Positions 1-12,700 of a stretch of 64,000 nucleotides of DNA are shown in pieces; within the stretch, counting starts at the first letter, position 1, and every line of letters begins with the position of its first letter. Under the pieces are notes generated by a model, which was given only the letters and a program-made list of their open reading frames with translations, ran no database searches and was not told the origin of the DNA. A program made the position numbers and the translations under genes. This DNA is from Neoechinorhynchus agilis (lineage: Eukaryota; Animalia; Acanthocephala), in assembly GCA_051530055.1 (NCBI GenBank), contig CM121343.1, positions 156,389 through 220,388 of the forward strand, in the 5' to 3' direction.

Positions 1-418
1 GACAATCATTTTGTAGCCTTGACTCTCTTTTTCTACCTTGTTGGAATCTATTGAACTCGGACGACCACGGTATTGTTTCACGCTCTTGGCGATTGTACTG
101 TCTTGTTTCCCGCCAGTAATTTCGATATCTTTTATAATTTCGGTTGTGTGATGGCGGTCGATAATTAGAATTTCGATTGGCTCTCCATTGAAGTTTATAA
201 AAACTACTTTCATTATCTTGGCGTCGCCGGCTAACATTTTGTGAGTGCCGTGTTAAGTGATCGCCTCTACGCTCGAAAGCTGGCATTTGATTTCGGTCTC
301 TGTTGCGTGGTTGGTGATAGTTTGTTGACTGTCGATTAGTTTCGATTCGATTTGAACGTGACCAAGACTGTTTTGATCTCTTGAAGATTGGTGAGTGATC
401 ACTGATTCGCCGTTGCAT
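1..418 (-). CDS. Arg/Asn/Gln-rich disordered protein, 5' part only (runs off the left edge); paralog of the gene that seeded the 3.8-13.2 kb satellite; probably ends in a FoP/UBM-like LDKQLDDYM motif
   Basis: Manual translation: ATG at 418, preceded by an in-frame TAA, is open to base 1 (MQRRISDHSPIFKRSKQSWSR...RETRQYNRQERETIPWSSEFNRFQQGRKRESRLQNDC). Bases 1-210 are nearly identical to 13006-13225. It is absent from the ORF track because the stop lies outside the window. Confidence 0.55.
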   Translation of the reverse strand, partial: MQRRISDHSPIFKRSKQSWSRSNRIETNRQSTNYHQPRNRDRNQMPAFERRGDHLTRHSQNVSRRRQDNESSFYKLQWRANRNSNYRPPSHNRNYKRYRNYWRETRQYNRQERETIPWSSEFNRFQQGRKRESRLQNDC

Positions 419-1471
419 CTCTCTTTAAGTTGTAAAATATCGCAATTGTTATCGATAGACGTTATATTCGAAGGAAGGAGATACGATCGTGGGTTTGTTC
501 GAACTGTTAATAAATAGTAAACCGAAGCTGTTGATAAACTTATTTGTTAGTGTTAGGCTCGCTTCTCACGTTACCACGTGATCATTTCTATTGTTAGCTG
601 CCTAATAAATATGCCTTTTAATTGCTGTTAATTAGAGAACATCATAATATTTATAGAGTTTTACGAGACCGATAATTTTTACTTTGATATTACAAGCGAT
701 TGACTTGTTTGACTATCTGATAAATTTTTGCTGGCAGCGCTCCCAAGCCAAAAGCGTATAGTCCTCATGCCATAGATGTTTTTAGGAGTGCCAATACCTT
801 GAAGTAATGGAAATTTACTTAAAAGGAGGACAAATGAAATCAGCAATCGATGTTCGTTAAAGATGAGAAAATCGATACCTAAAGCTCTATAGGTACGTTA
901 AAAATCCAGTTTCATTAGATTGGGGTCCGAACATATCGGAAAAGTTGACAATATAATTAAAGTTCGATCGTAACTATTTTATCGTCACGTTTCCTGTAGA
1001 AAAATTAGCCGGAAAGGATGAATAGAACGCCAAGCGACAAATCTTCAACTGAAGCTGTCCGTGCAAGTTACCAGCTTAGCAAGGCAGTGGATAAATGTCG
1101 CAAGTTCTTAAACCATTCGTGAGAGAACTCATGTTTTAAAGCCATGATTAGCTTTAGAGCGTTAATCAATTTACACGCTACACTTTGTCGACTAATGAGT
1201 CGTTTTTGCATAATTTTGGAATCTTATTCCGTGGCGGTTAGTATTTGTTACTGATTTATTGAAACCTTTGCTTTGTAGCCAGCCAAATTAAAGTCACATC
1301 CAAAACTGCAATGACCAATATATTCGCAGTCGCAAACACATAGCGAAAAGTTCACCAAAGCGATTCTCCACCATTTCAAAAGACATCAAATTATGTTTCA
1401 TCGCAGAAATTCTTAACCGTGTTAGCAACATTCTATTTATTAAGTGTATAATTCTAACAAAAAGGTTATAT

Positions 1472-2480
1472 TCAGTTTTCATGTTCCCGTATAAGCCTCT
1501 TCACAAAACTTTCTCCTGCAGGATCTCTTCCTTTCCCGAATACTCCTTTGAAAAGGAATTCCTTGTTCCTAATCCTCATGAAAACGTTTCTAATCTTGAA
1601 ATGTTGTACGTCCCATTTCATATATTTTGGTTCGCTAATTCCAATAATTATATCATCGGTCTCAGGGTACTCTTCGACGTCTTCACCGCTCAGAGAATCT
1701 GCCGAATCAATTGTTATCCTTTCACTTTTATCAATTTCTACTTTTTCAATACTTTCTTCACTTATATCACCAATGTCACTGTCTTCTATCTTGTTTTGCA
1801 TTGAATCTTCTAAAGACAAGTCACTACTATTTTGATTCATCGAGTCTCCAACACGAGTCCTGGCCTCCATCCTTCCTCTAGTTAAAGTTTCTATCTCGTT
1901 AGATCCATCGATATCACACGTATCGATTGAAGAGACGCTTACAAGGTCTTCCTCCATATCCTCTAACATTCTTCTATTTGAAATTAGTACCTCATTCATT
2001 TCATTGATATTAGACGAATCGATTGAAGATATGCTTATAGCGTCGTCATCTTTGCTAACTTCATTATTTGAACCAAATCTTTTAAATGGAGCAATTCTTT
2101 GCAGCACTTCATGATCTAAGCAAATTAGAGTTTGTTACAATTGTTAAGAGTTCAAGCCGAACCTACCCGCTGGCCCACCAAAAGTTCCAGCCTTGGTCAA
2201 CAAATCAATCCATTTCTGGCGTAATATTAGCAAAACTTTAAAATGATAAATCTAAATTAACATACCTCCTTCAATTCCGCAATTTTGCCTGCTTCAATAC
2301 CTCTCCTCGAGAATATCGGTTCTAGCCGTTTACCAACTTCCCGTATCGCCCCATAATATTGATTTCTCTGCGGAAATATAAATTTCTTATTAGATCAATA
2401 AAGATTTCTTTTACCGTTGTAGCTGATCTTCGACTGGTCGCAAAATGAATTGGTCTTTCACATCCCCTAGTTCTTCCCAT
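1472..2480 (-). CDS. GTF2A1: Divergent TFIIA large subunit (alpha/beta precursor)-like protein, 286 aa; complement(join(1472..2115,2167..2215,2266..2367,2415..2480))
   Basis: Three GT-AG introns (47, 50, 51 nt) join in frame to the 211-aa acidic ORF. N-terminal QYYGAIREVGKRLEPIFSRGGIEAGKIAELKEKWIDLL fits the TFIIA-alpha helical pattern (Y..I..V.....IF...G.....L.ELK..W...L). The middle is acidic. C-terminal ETDDIIIG...HFKIRNVFMRIRNKEFLFKGVFG fits the TFIIA-beta strand pattern (DTENVVVC...KFHLKDGIMNLNGRDYIFSKAIG). Alignment by eye. Confidence 0.62.
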
Positions 2481-3781
2481 TATAAGATTTTATCCTCTTT
2501 GCTGAGCTTCCGGGATATTTTGTGGGTATCACAGATACTATTTTTGAGTGGGTTTATCGATGTATATTAATGTTTTTGGGAAACCTTTTCGAACACAATA
2601 TTTGTTGCCATCACAGAATATTGATGATCCTTAGCGTTTCTTCAAAATATGTTATTCAAAGACTATTTTTTAGCACAAAAGCTTTTCTGTTAACCTTTTA
2701 TTTAATATGAAGTTTGCGTATTTTAAATGGGAAATTTAATAAAATCAGCCCCATTGCAGGTTCGGCAATGAACTACCCGTCGGCTCTGATCAACAGAAAA
2801 TGTTATTTATGTAATTTATCACTGGTTACACAATAGGAGAAGAGTCCAAAAAATCGAGATCTCCAATCAAAATAAACCGATTGATGTCGTTTTATTAAAA
2901 TTTAAATTGTCTACGTTAGCCAAATGTTCGTAGCGGACGTCTACCGATTTTCAACTGTTTAGCTAATTCTACCCCGATGTTTGATTGCGCGAGATTTTCT
3001 TTAATAAATGGTAAAATACATTCCGATCTCTCCCAATTGAAAAAATATAAACTGAAAAAATAATATGAAGTTCATAAGGTCAACCACGTAGAGCACTTAA
3101 TACTTCTTTGATCGTCAAATTTTATCTTATTGAATTAAAAGTTGGAGAATTCTAGTAAAGGACGTCTTTTTCAAAAATTTAAATACTGCAACAGTTTTGT
3201 CTCATTTAAAAAATGAAAATACATATTAAAGTAGCCAATTAAATTGCAACATTTACAGATATTGATGTTGTGCGAATAGAAACATTTTTCGCACAATCTC
3301 CAATTCTGCAACTTTAAACTCATGGCAGAATAAGTTATTTCCGGTAAAAGGAAACAAAATTATGAATACAGAAAATACTGAAGATCACGTTTCCGGAAGC
3401 ATCAAATATGGAAAATAAATTTTCTATTCGACATTCAACTCAATTATTTAGATCGAAACAATTATTTTACTCAACGCTTGATTTCGACCGATCCACGAAA
3501 CAGCGATTTCTTAACAGTCTGGGCTTTTTGCTTTCCAATTTAATAAAGACAATGCAATCGAAATTTAGAAGATCATTTTTTAGTACTTCAATAGGCATTA
3601 AGAATTCTTTGCCATATTCAGGGTTTGTGATCGGATATCATTTTTGTTCACGATGCTGATATTCTAATTTAAATTTAACAACCTTCCACAATCAACCATC
3701 GTTATTTTATGACTTTTATTAGAAAAAGTCTAAACCCCATGCTGACATATACAGCTTTGAATTATATAAAGTCTACGGTTT

Positions 3782-6700
3782 TTAATTTTTCTCCGAAGTA
3801 GCCTCTTGTGCAGGTCCCATTGCCATTCGCTCCCTTGCACATTTTGCCATGTAGTCGTCCAATTGTTTGTCGAGAAACTCCAATGTCACGCGAGGACGTT
3901 TTCTGATCGGACAATCATTTTGTGGCCGTAACTCTCTTTTTCTACCTTGATGGAATCTATTGAACTCGGACGACCACGGTCTTGTTTAATTTTGCCATGT
4001 AGTCGTCCAATTGTTTGTCGAGAAACTCCAATGTCACGCGAGGACGTTTTCTGATCGGACAATCATTTTGTGGCCGTAACTCTCTTTTTCTACCTTGATG
4101 GAATCTATTGAACTCGGACGACCACGGTCTTGTTTCATTTTGCCATGTAGTCGTCCAATTGTTTGTCGAGAAACTCCAATGTCACGCGAGGACGTTTTCT
4201 GATCGGACAATCATTTTGTGGCCGTAACTCTCTTTTTCTACCTTGCTGGAATCTATTGAACTCGGACGACCACGGTCTTGTTTCATTTTCATGTAGTCGT
4301 CCAATTGTTCGAGAAACTCCAATGTCACGCGAGGACGTTTTCTGATCGGACAATCATTTTGTGGCCGTAACTCTCTTTTTCTACCTTGATGGAATCTATT
4401 GAACTCGGACGACCACGGTCTTGTTTCATTTTGCCATGTAGTCGTCCAATTGTTTGTCGAGAAACTCCAATGTCACGCGAGGACGTTTTCTGATCGGACA
4501 ATCATTTTGTGGCCGTAACTCTCTTTTTCTACCTTGATGGAATCTATTGAACTCGGACGACCACGGTCTTGTTTCATTTTGCCATGTAGTCGTCCAATTG
4601 TTTGTCGAGAAACTCCAATGTCACGCGAGGACGTTTTCTGATCGGACAATCATTTTGTGGCCGTAACTCTCTTTTTCTACCTTGATGGAATCTATTGAAC
4701 TCGGACGACCACGGTCTTGTTTCATTTTGCCATGTAGTCGTCCAATTGTTTGTCGAGAAACTCCAATGTCACGCGAGGACGTTTTCTGATCGGACAATCA
4801 TTTTGTGGCCGTAACTCTCTTTTTCTACCTTGCTGGAATCTATTGAACTCGGACGACCACGGTCTTGTTTCATTTTGCCATGTAGTCGTCCAATTGTTTG
4901 TCGAGAAACTCCAATGTCACGCGAGGACGTTTTCTGATCGGACAATCATTTTGTGCCGTAACTCTCTTTTTCTACCTTGATGAATCTATTGAACTCGGAC
5001 GACCACGGTCTTGTTTCATTTTGCCATGTAGTCGTCCAATTGTTTGTCGAGAAACTCCAATGTCACGCGAGGACGTTTTCTGATCGGACAATCATTTTGT
5101 GGCCGTAACTCTCTTTTTCTACCTTGCTGGAATCTATTCAACTCGGACGACCACGGTCTTGTTTCATTTTGCCATGTAGTCGTCCAATTGTTTGTCGAGA
5201 AACTCCAATGTCACGCGAGGACGTTTTCTGATCGGACAATCATTTTGTGGCCGTAACTCTCTTTTTCTACCTTGCTGGAATCTATTGAACTCGGACGACC
5301 ACGGTCTTGTTTCATTTTGCCATGTAGTCGTCCAATTGTTTGTCGAGAAACTCCAATGTCACGCGAGGACGTTTTCTGATCGGACAATCATTTTGTGGCC
5401 GTAACTCTCTTTTTCTACCTTGATGGAATCTATTCAACTCGGACGACCACGGTCTTGTTTCATTTTGCCATGTAGTCGTCCAATTGTTTGTCGAGAAACT
5501 CCAATGTCACGCGAGGACGTTTTCTGATCGGACAATCATTTTGTGGCCGTAACTCTCTTTTTCTACCTTGCTGGAATCTATTGAACTCGGACGACCACGG
5601 TCTTGTTTCATTTTGCCATGTAGTCGTCCAATTGTTTGTCGAGAAACTCCAATGTCACGCGAGGACGTTTTCTGATCGGACAATCATTTTGTGGCCGTAA
5701 CTCTCTTTTTCTACCTTGCTGGAATCTATTCAACTCGGACGACCACGGTCTTGTTTCATTTTGCCATGTAGTCGTCCAATTGTTTGTCGAGAAACTCCAA
5801 TGTCACGCGAGGACGTTTTCTGATCGGACAATCATTTTGTGGCCGTAACTCTCTTTTTCTACCTTGATGGAATCTATTGAACTCGGACGACCACGGTCTT
5901 GTTTCACGCTTTTGGCGATTGTACTGTCTTCTTTGTGCCGATTCACAAATATTTAATTTGGTAGCCTCTTGTGCAGGTCCCATTGCCATTCGCTCCCTTG
6001 CACATTTTGCCATGTAGTCGTCCAATTGTTTGTCGAGAAACTCCAATGTCACGCGAGGACGTTTTCTGATCGGACAATCATTTTGTGGCCGTAACTCTCT
6101 TTTTCTACCTTGATGGAATCTATTGAACTCGGACGACCACGGTCTTGTTTCATTTTGCCATGTAGTCGTCCAATTGTTTGTCGAGAAACTCCAATGTCAC
6201 GCGAGGACGTTTTCTGATCGGACAATCATTTTGTGGCCGTAACTCTCTTTTTCTACCTTGATGGAATCTATTGAACTCGGACGACCACGGTCTTGTTTCA
6301 TTTTGCCATGTAGTCGTCCAATTGTTTGTCGAGAAACTCCAATGTCACGCGAGGACGTTTTCTGATCGGACAATCATTTTGTGGCCGTAACTCTCTTTTT
6401 CTACCTTGATGGAATCTATTGAACTCGGACGACCACGGTCTTGTTTCATTTTGCCATGTAGTCGTCCAATTGTTTGTCGAGAAACTCCAATGTCACGCGA
6501 GGACGTTTTCTGATCGGACAATCATTTTGTGGCCGTAACTCTCTTTTTCTACCTTGATGGAATCTATTGAACTCGGACGACCACGGTCTTGTTTCACGTT
6601 TTGGCGATTGTACTGTCTTCTTTGTGCCGATTCACAATATTTAATTTGGTAGCCTCTGTGCAGGTCCCATTGCCATTCGCTCCCTTGACATTTTGCCATG

Positions 6701-9700
6701 TAGTCGTCCAATTGTTTGTCGAGAAACTCCAATGTCACGCGAGGACGTTTTCTGATCGGACAATCATTTTGTGGCCGTAACTCTCTTTTTCTACCTTGCT
6801 GGAATCTATTCAACTCGGACGACCACGGTCTTGTTTCATTTTGCCATGTAGTCGTCCAATTGTTTGTCGAGAAACTCCAATGTCACGCGAGGACGTTTTC
6901 TGATCGGACAATCATTTTGTGGCCGTAACTCTCTTTTTCTACCTTGATGGAATCTATTCAACTCGGACGACCACGGTCTTGTTTCATTTTGCCATGTAGT
7001 CGTCCAATTGTTTGTCGAGAAACTCCAATGTCACGCGAGGACGTTTTCTGATCGGACAATCATTTTGTGGCCGTAACTCTCTTTTTCTACCTTGATGGAA
7101 TCTATTGAACTCGGACGACCACGGTCTTGTTTCATTTTGCCATGTAGTCGTCCAATTGTTTGTCGAGAAACTCCAATGTCACGCGAGGACGTTTTCTGAT
7201 CGGACAATCATTTTGTGGCCGTAACTCTCTTTTTCTACCTTGCTGGAATCTATTCAACTCGGACGACCACGGTCTTGTTTCATTTTGCCATGTAGTCGTC
7301 CAATTGTTTGTCGAGAAACTCCAATGTCACGCGAGGACGTTTTCTGATCGGACAATCATTTTGTGGCCGTAACTCTCTTTTTCTACCTTGATGGAATCTA
7401 TTGAACTCGGACGACCACGGTCTTGTTTCACGCTTTTGGCGATTGTACTGTCTTCTTTGTGCCGATTCACCAATATTTAATTTGGTAGCCTCTTGTGCAG
7501 GTCCCATTGCCATTCGCTCCCTTGCACATTTTGCCATGTAGTCGTCCAATTGTTTGTCGAGAAACTCCAATGTCACGCGAGGACGTTTTCTGATCGGACA
7601 ATCATTTTGTGGCCGTAACTCTCTTTTTCTACCTTGATGGAATCTATTCAACTCGGACGACCACGGTCTTGTTTCATTTTGCCATGTAGTCGTCCAATTG
7701 TTTGTCGAGAAACTCCAATGTCACGCGAGGACGTTTTCTGATCGGACAATCATTTTGTGGCCGTAACTCTCTTTTTCTACCTTGCTGGAATCTATTGAAC
7801 TCGGACGACCACGGTCTTGTTTCATTTTGCCATGTAGTCGTCCAATTGTTTGTCGAGAAACTCCAATGTCACGAGACGTTTTCTGATCGGACAATCATTT
7901 TTGGCCGTAACTCTCTTTTTCTACCTTGCTGGAATCTATTGAACTCGGACGACCACGGTCTTGTTTCATTTTGCCATGTAGTCGTCCAATTGTTTGTCGA
8001 GAAACTCCAATGTCACGCGAGGACGTTTTCTGATCGGACAATCATTTTGTGGCCGTAACTCTCTTTTTCTACCTTGCTGGAATCTATTCAACTCGGACGA
8101 CCACGGTCTTGTTTCATTTTGCCATGTAGTCGTCCAATTGTTTGTCGAGAAACTCCAATGTCACGCGAGGACGTTTTCTGATCGGACAATCATTTTGTGG
8201 CCGTAACTCTCTTTTTCTACCTTGATGGAATCTATTGAACTCGGACGACCACGGTCTTGTTTCACGCTTTTGGCGATTGTACTGTCTTCTTTGTGCCGAT
8301 TCACAAATATTTAATTTGGTAGCCTCTTGTGCAGGTCCCATTGCCATTCGCTCCCTTGCACATTTTGCCATGTAGTCGTCCAATTGTTTGTCGAGAAACT
8401 CCAATGTCACGCGAGGACGTTTTCTGATCGGACAATCATTTTGTGGCCGTAACTCTCTTTTTCTACCTTGATGGAATCTATTCAACTCGGACGACCACGG
8501 TCTTGTTTCATTTTGCCATGTAGTCGTCCAATTGTTTGTCGAGAAACTCCAATGTCACGCGAGGACGTTTTCTGATCGGACAATCATTTTGTGGCCGTAA
8601 CTCTCTTTTTCTACCTTGCTGGAATCTATTCAACTCGGACGACCACGGTCTTGTTTCATTTTGCCATGTAGTCGTCCAATTGTTTGTCGAGAAACTCCAA
8701 TGTCACGCGAGGACGTTTTCTGATCGGACAATCATTTTGTGGCCGTAACTCTCTTTTTCTACCTTGCTGGAATCTATTCAACTCGGACGACCACGGTCTT
8801 GTTTCATTTTGCCATGTAGTCGTCCAATTGTTTGTCGAGAAACTCCAATGTCACGCGAGGACGTTTTCTGATCGGACAATCATTTTGTGGCCGTAACTCT
8901 CTTTTTCTACCTTGCTGGAATCTATTGAACTCGGACGACCACGGTCTTGTTTCACGCTTTTGGCGATTGTACTGTCTTCTTTGTGCCGATTCACCAATAT
9001 TTAATTTGGTAGCCTCGTGTGCAGGTCCCATTGCCATTCGCTCCCTTGCACATTTTGCCATGTAGTCGTCCAATTGTTTGTCGAGAAACTCCAATGTCAC
9101 GCGAGGACGTTTTCTGATCGGACAATCATTTTGTGGCCGTAACTCTCTTTTCTACCTTGCTGGAATCTATTCAACTCGGACGACCACGGTCTTGTTTCAT
9201 TTTGCCATGTAGTCGTCCAATTGTTTGTCGAGAAACTCCAATGTCACGCGAGGACGTTTTCTGATCGGACAATCATTTTGTGGCCGTAACTCTCTTTTTC
9301 TACCTTGCTGGAATCTATTGAACTCGGACGACCACGGTCTTGTTTCACGCTTTTGCGATTGTACTGTCTTCTTGTGCCGATTCACAATATTTAATTTGGT
9401 AGCCTCTGTGCAGGTCCCATTGCCATTCGCTCCCTTGCACATTTTGCCATGTAGTCGTCCAATTGTTTGTCGAGAAACTCCAATGTCACGCGAGGACGTT
9501 TTCTGATCGGACAATCATTTTGTGGCCGTAACTCTCTTTTCTACCTTGCTGGAATCTATTCAACTCGGACGACCACGGTCTTGTTTCATTTTGCCATGTA
9601 GTCGTCCAATTGTTTGTCGAGAAACTCCAATGTCACGCGAGGACGTTTTCTGATCGGACAATCATTTTGTGGCCGTAACTCTCTTTTTCTACCTTGCTGG

Positions 9701-12700
9701 AATCTATTGAACTCGGACGACCACGGTCTTGTTTCATTTTGCCATGTAGTCGTCCAATTGTTTGTCGAGAAACTCCAATGTCACGCGAGGACGTTTTCTG
9801 ATCGGACAATCATTTTGTGGCCGTAACTCTCTTTTTCTACCTTGCTGGAATCTATTCAACTCGGACGACCACGGTCTTGTTTCATTTTGCCATGTAGTCG
9901 TCCAATTGTTTGTCGAGAAACTCCAATGTCACGCGAGGACGTTTTCTGATCGGACAATCATTTTGTGGCCGTAACTCTCTTTTTCTACCTTGATGGAATC
10001 TATTGAACTCGGACGACCACGGTCTTGTTTCATTTTGCCATGTAGTCGTCCAATTGTTTGTCGAGAAACTCCAATGTCACGCGAGGACGTTTTCTGATCG
10101 GACAATCATTTTGTGGCCGTATCTCTTTTTCTACCTTGCTGGAATCTATTGAACTCGGACGACCACGGTCTTGTTTCATTTTGCCATGTAGTCGTCCAAT
10201 TGTTTGTCGAGAAACTCCAATGTCACGCGAGGACGTTTTCTGATCGGACAATCATTTTGTGGCCGTAACCTCTTTTTCTACCTTGCTGGAATCTATTCAA
10301 CTCGGACGACCACGGTCTTGTTTCATTTTGCCATGTAGTCGTCCAATTGTTTGTCGAGAAACTCCAATGTCACGCGAGGACGTTTTCTGATCGGACAATC
10401 ATTTTGTGGCCGTAACTCTCTTTTTCTACCTTGCTGGAATCTATTCAACTCGGACGACCACGGTCTTGTTTCATTTTGCCATGTAGTCGTCCAATTGTTT
10501 GTCGAGAAACTCCAATGTCACGCGAGGACGTTTTCTGATCGGACAATCATTTTGTGGCCGTAACTCTCTTTTTCTACCTTGCTGGAATCTATTGAACTCG
10601 GACGACCACGGTCTTGTTTCATTTTGCCATGTAGTCGTCCAATTGTTTGTCGAGAAACTCCAATGTCACGCGAGGACGTTTTCTGATCGGACAATCATTT
10701 TGTGGCCGTAACTCTCTTTTTCTACCTTGCTGGAATCTATTCAACTCGGACGACCACGGTCTTGTTTCATTTTGCCATGTAGTCGTCCAATTGTTTGTCG
10801 AGAAACTCCAATGTCACGCGAGGACGTTTTCTGATCGGACAATCATTTTGTGGCCGTAACTCTCTTTTTCTACCTTGCTGGAATCTATTCAACTCGGACG
10901 ACCACGGTCTTGTTTCATTTTGCCATGTAGTCGTCCAATTGTTTGTCGAGAAACTCCAATGTCACGCGAGGACGTTTTCTGATCGGACAATCATTTTGTG
11001 GCCGTAACTCTCTTTTTCTACCTTGCTGGAATCTATTGAACTCGGACGACCACGGTCTTGTTTCACGCTTTTGGCGATTGTACTGTCTTCTTTGTGCCGA
11101 TTCACCAATATTTAATTTGGTAGCCTCGTGTGCAGGTCCCATTGCCATTCGCTCCCTTGCACATTTTGCCATGTAGTCGTCCAATTGTTTGTCGAGAAAC
11201 TCCAATGTCACGCGAGGACGTTTTCTGATCGGACAATCATTTTGTGGCCGTAACTCTCTTTTTCTACCTTGCTGGAATCTATTCAACTCGGACGACCACG
11301 GTCTTGTTTCATTTTGCCATGTAGTCGTCCAATTGTTTGTCGAGAAACTCCAATGTCACGCGAGGACGTTTTCTGATCGGACAATCATTTTGTGGCCGTA
11401 ACTCTCTTTTTCTACCTTGCTGGAATCTATTGAACTCGGACGACCACGGTCTTGTTTCATTTTGCCATGTAGTCGTCCAATTGTTTGTCGAGAAACTCCA
11501 ATGTCACGCGAGGACGTTTTCTGATCGGACAATCATTTTGTGGCCGTAACTCTCTTTTTCTACCTTGCTGGAATCTATTCAACTCGGACGACCACGGTCT
11601 TGTTTCATTTTGCCATGTAGTCGTCCAATTGTTTGTCGAGAAACTCCAATGTCACGCGAGGACGTTTTCTGATCGGACAATCATTTTGTGGCCGTAACTC
11701 TCTTTTTCTACCTTGCTGGAATCTATTGAACTCGGACGACCACGGTCTTGTTTCACGCTTTTGGCGATTGTACTGTCTTCTTTGTGCCGATTCACCAATA
11801 TTTAATTTGGTAGCCTCGTGTGCAGGTCCCATTGCCATTCGCTCCCTTGCACATTTTGCCATGTAGTCGTCCAATTGTTTGTCGAGAAACTCCAATGTCA
11901 CGCGAGGACGTTTTCTGATCGGACAATCATTTTGTGGCCGTAACTCTCTTTTTCTACCTTGCTGGAATCTATTCAACTCGGACGACCACGGTCTTGTTTC
12001 ATTTTGCCATGTAGTCGTCCAATTGTTTGTCGAGAAACTCCAATGTCACGCGAGGACGTTTTCTGATCGGACAATCATTTTGTGGCCGTAACTCTCTTTT
12101 TCTACCTTGCTGGAATCTATTCAACTCGGACGACCACGGTCTTGTTTCATTTTGCCATGTAGTCGTCCAATTGTTTGTCGAGAAACTCCAATGTCACGCG
12201 AGGACGTTTTCTGATCGGACAATCATTTTGTGGCCGTAACTCTCTTTTTCTACCTTGCTGGAATCTATTCAACTCGGACGACCACGGTCTTGTTTCATTT
12301 TGCCATGTAGTCGTCCAATTGTTTGTCGAGAAACTCCAATGTCACGCGAGGACGTTTTCTGATCGGACAATCATTTTGTGGCCGTAACTCTCTTTTTCTA
12401 CCTTGATGGAATCTATTGAACTCGGACGACCACGGTCTTGTTTCACGCTTTTGGCGATTGTACTGTCTTCTTTGTGCCGATTCACCAATATTTAATTTGG
12501 TAGCCTCTTGTGCAGGTCCCATTGCCATTCGCTCCCTTGCACATTTTGCCATGTAGTCGTCCAATTGTTTGTCGAGAAACTCCAATGTCACGCGAGGACG
12601 TTTTCTGATCGGACAATCATTTTGTGGCCGTAACTCTCTTTTTCTACCTTGCTGGAATCTATTCAACTCGGACGACCACGGTCTTGTTTCATTTTGCCAT

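Noticed and set aside
4280-10270. Scattered 1-3 bp deletions in individual monomers
   Set aside because: They are mostly in or near homopolymers and unique to single units, consistent with long-read consensus error, so they were not interpreted biologically.
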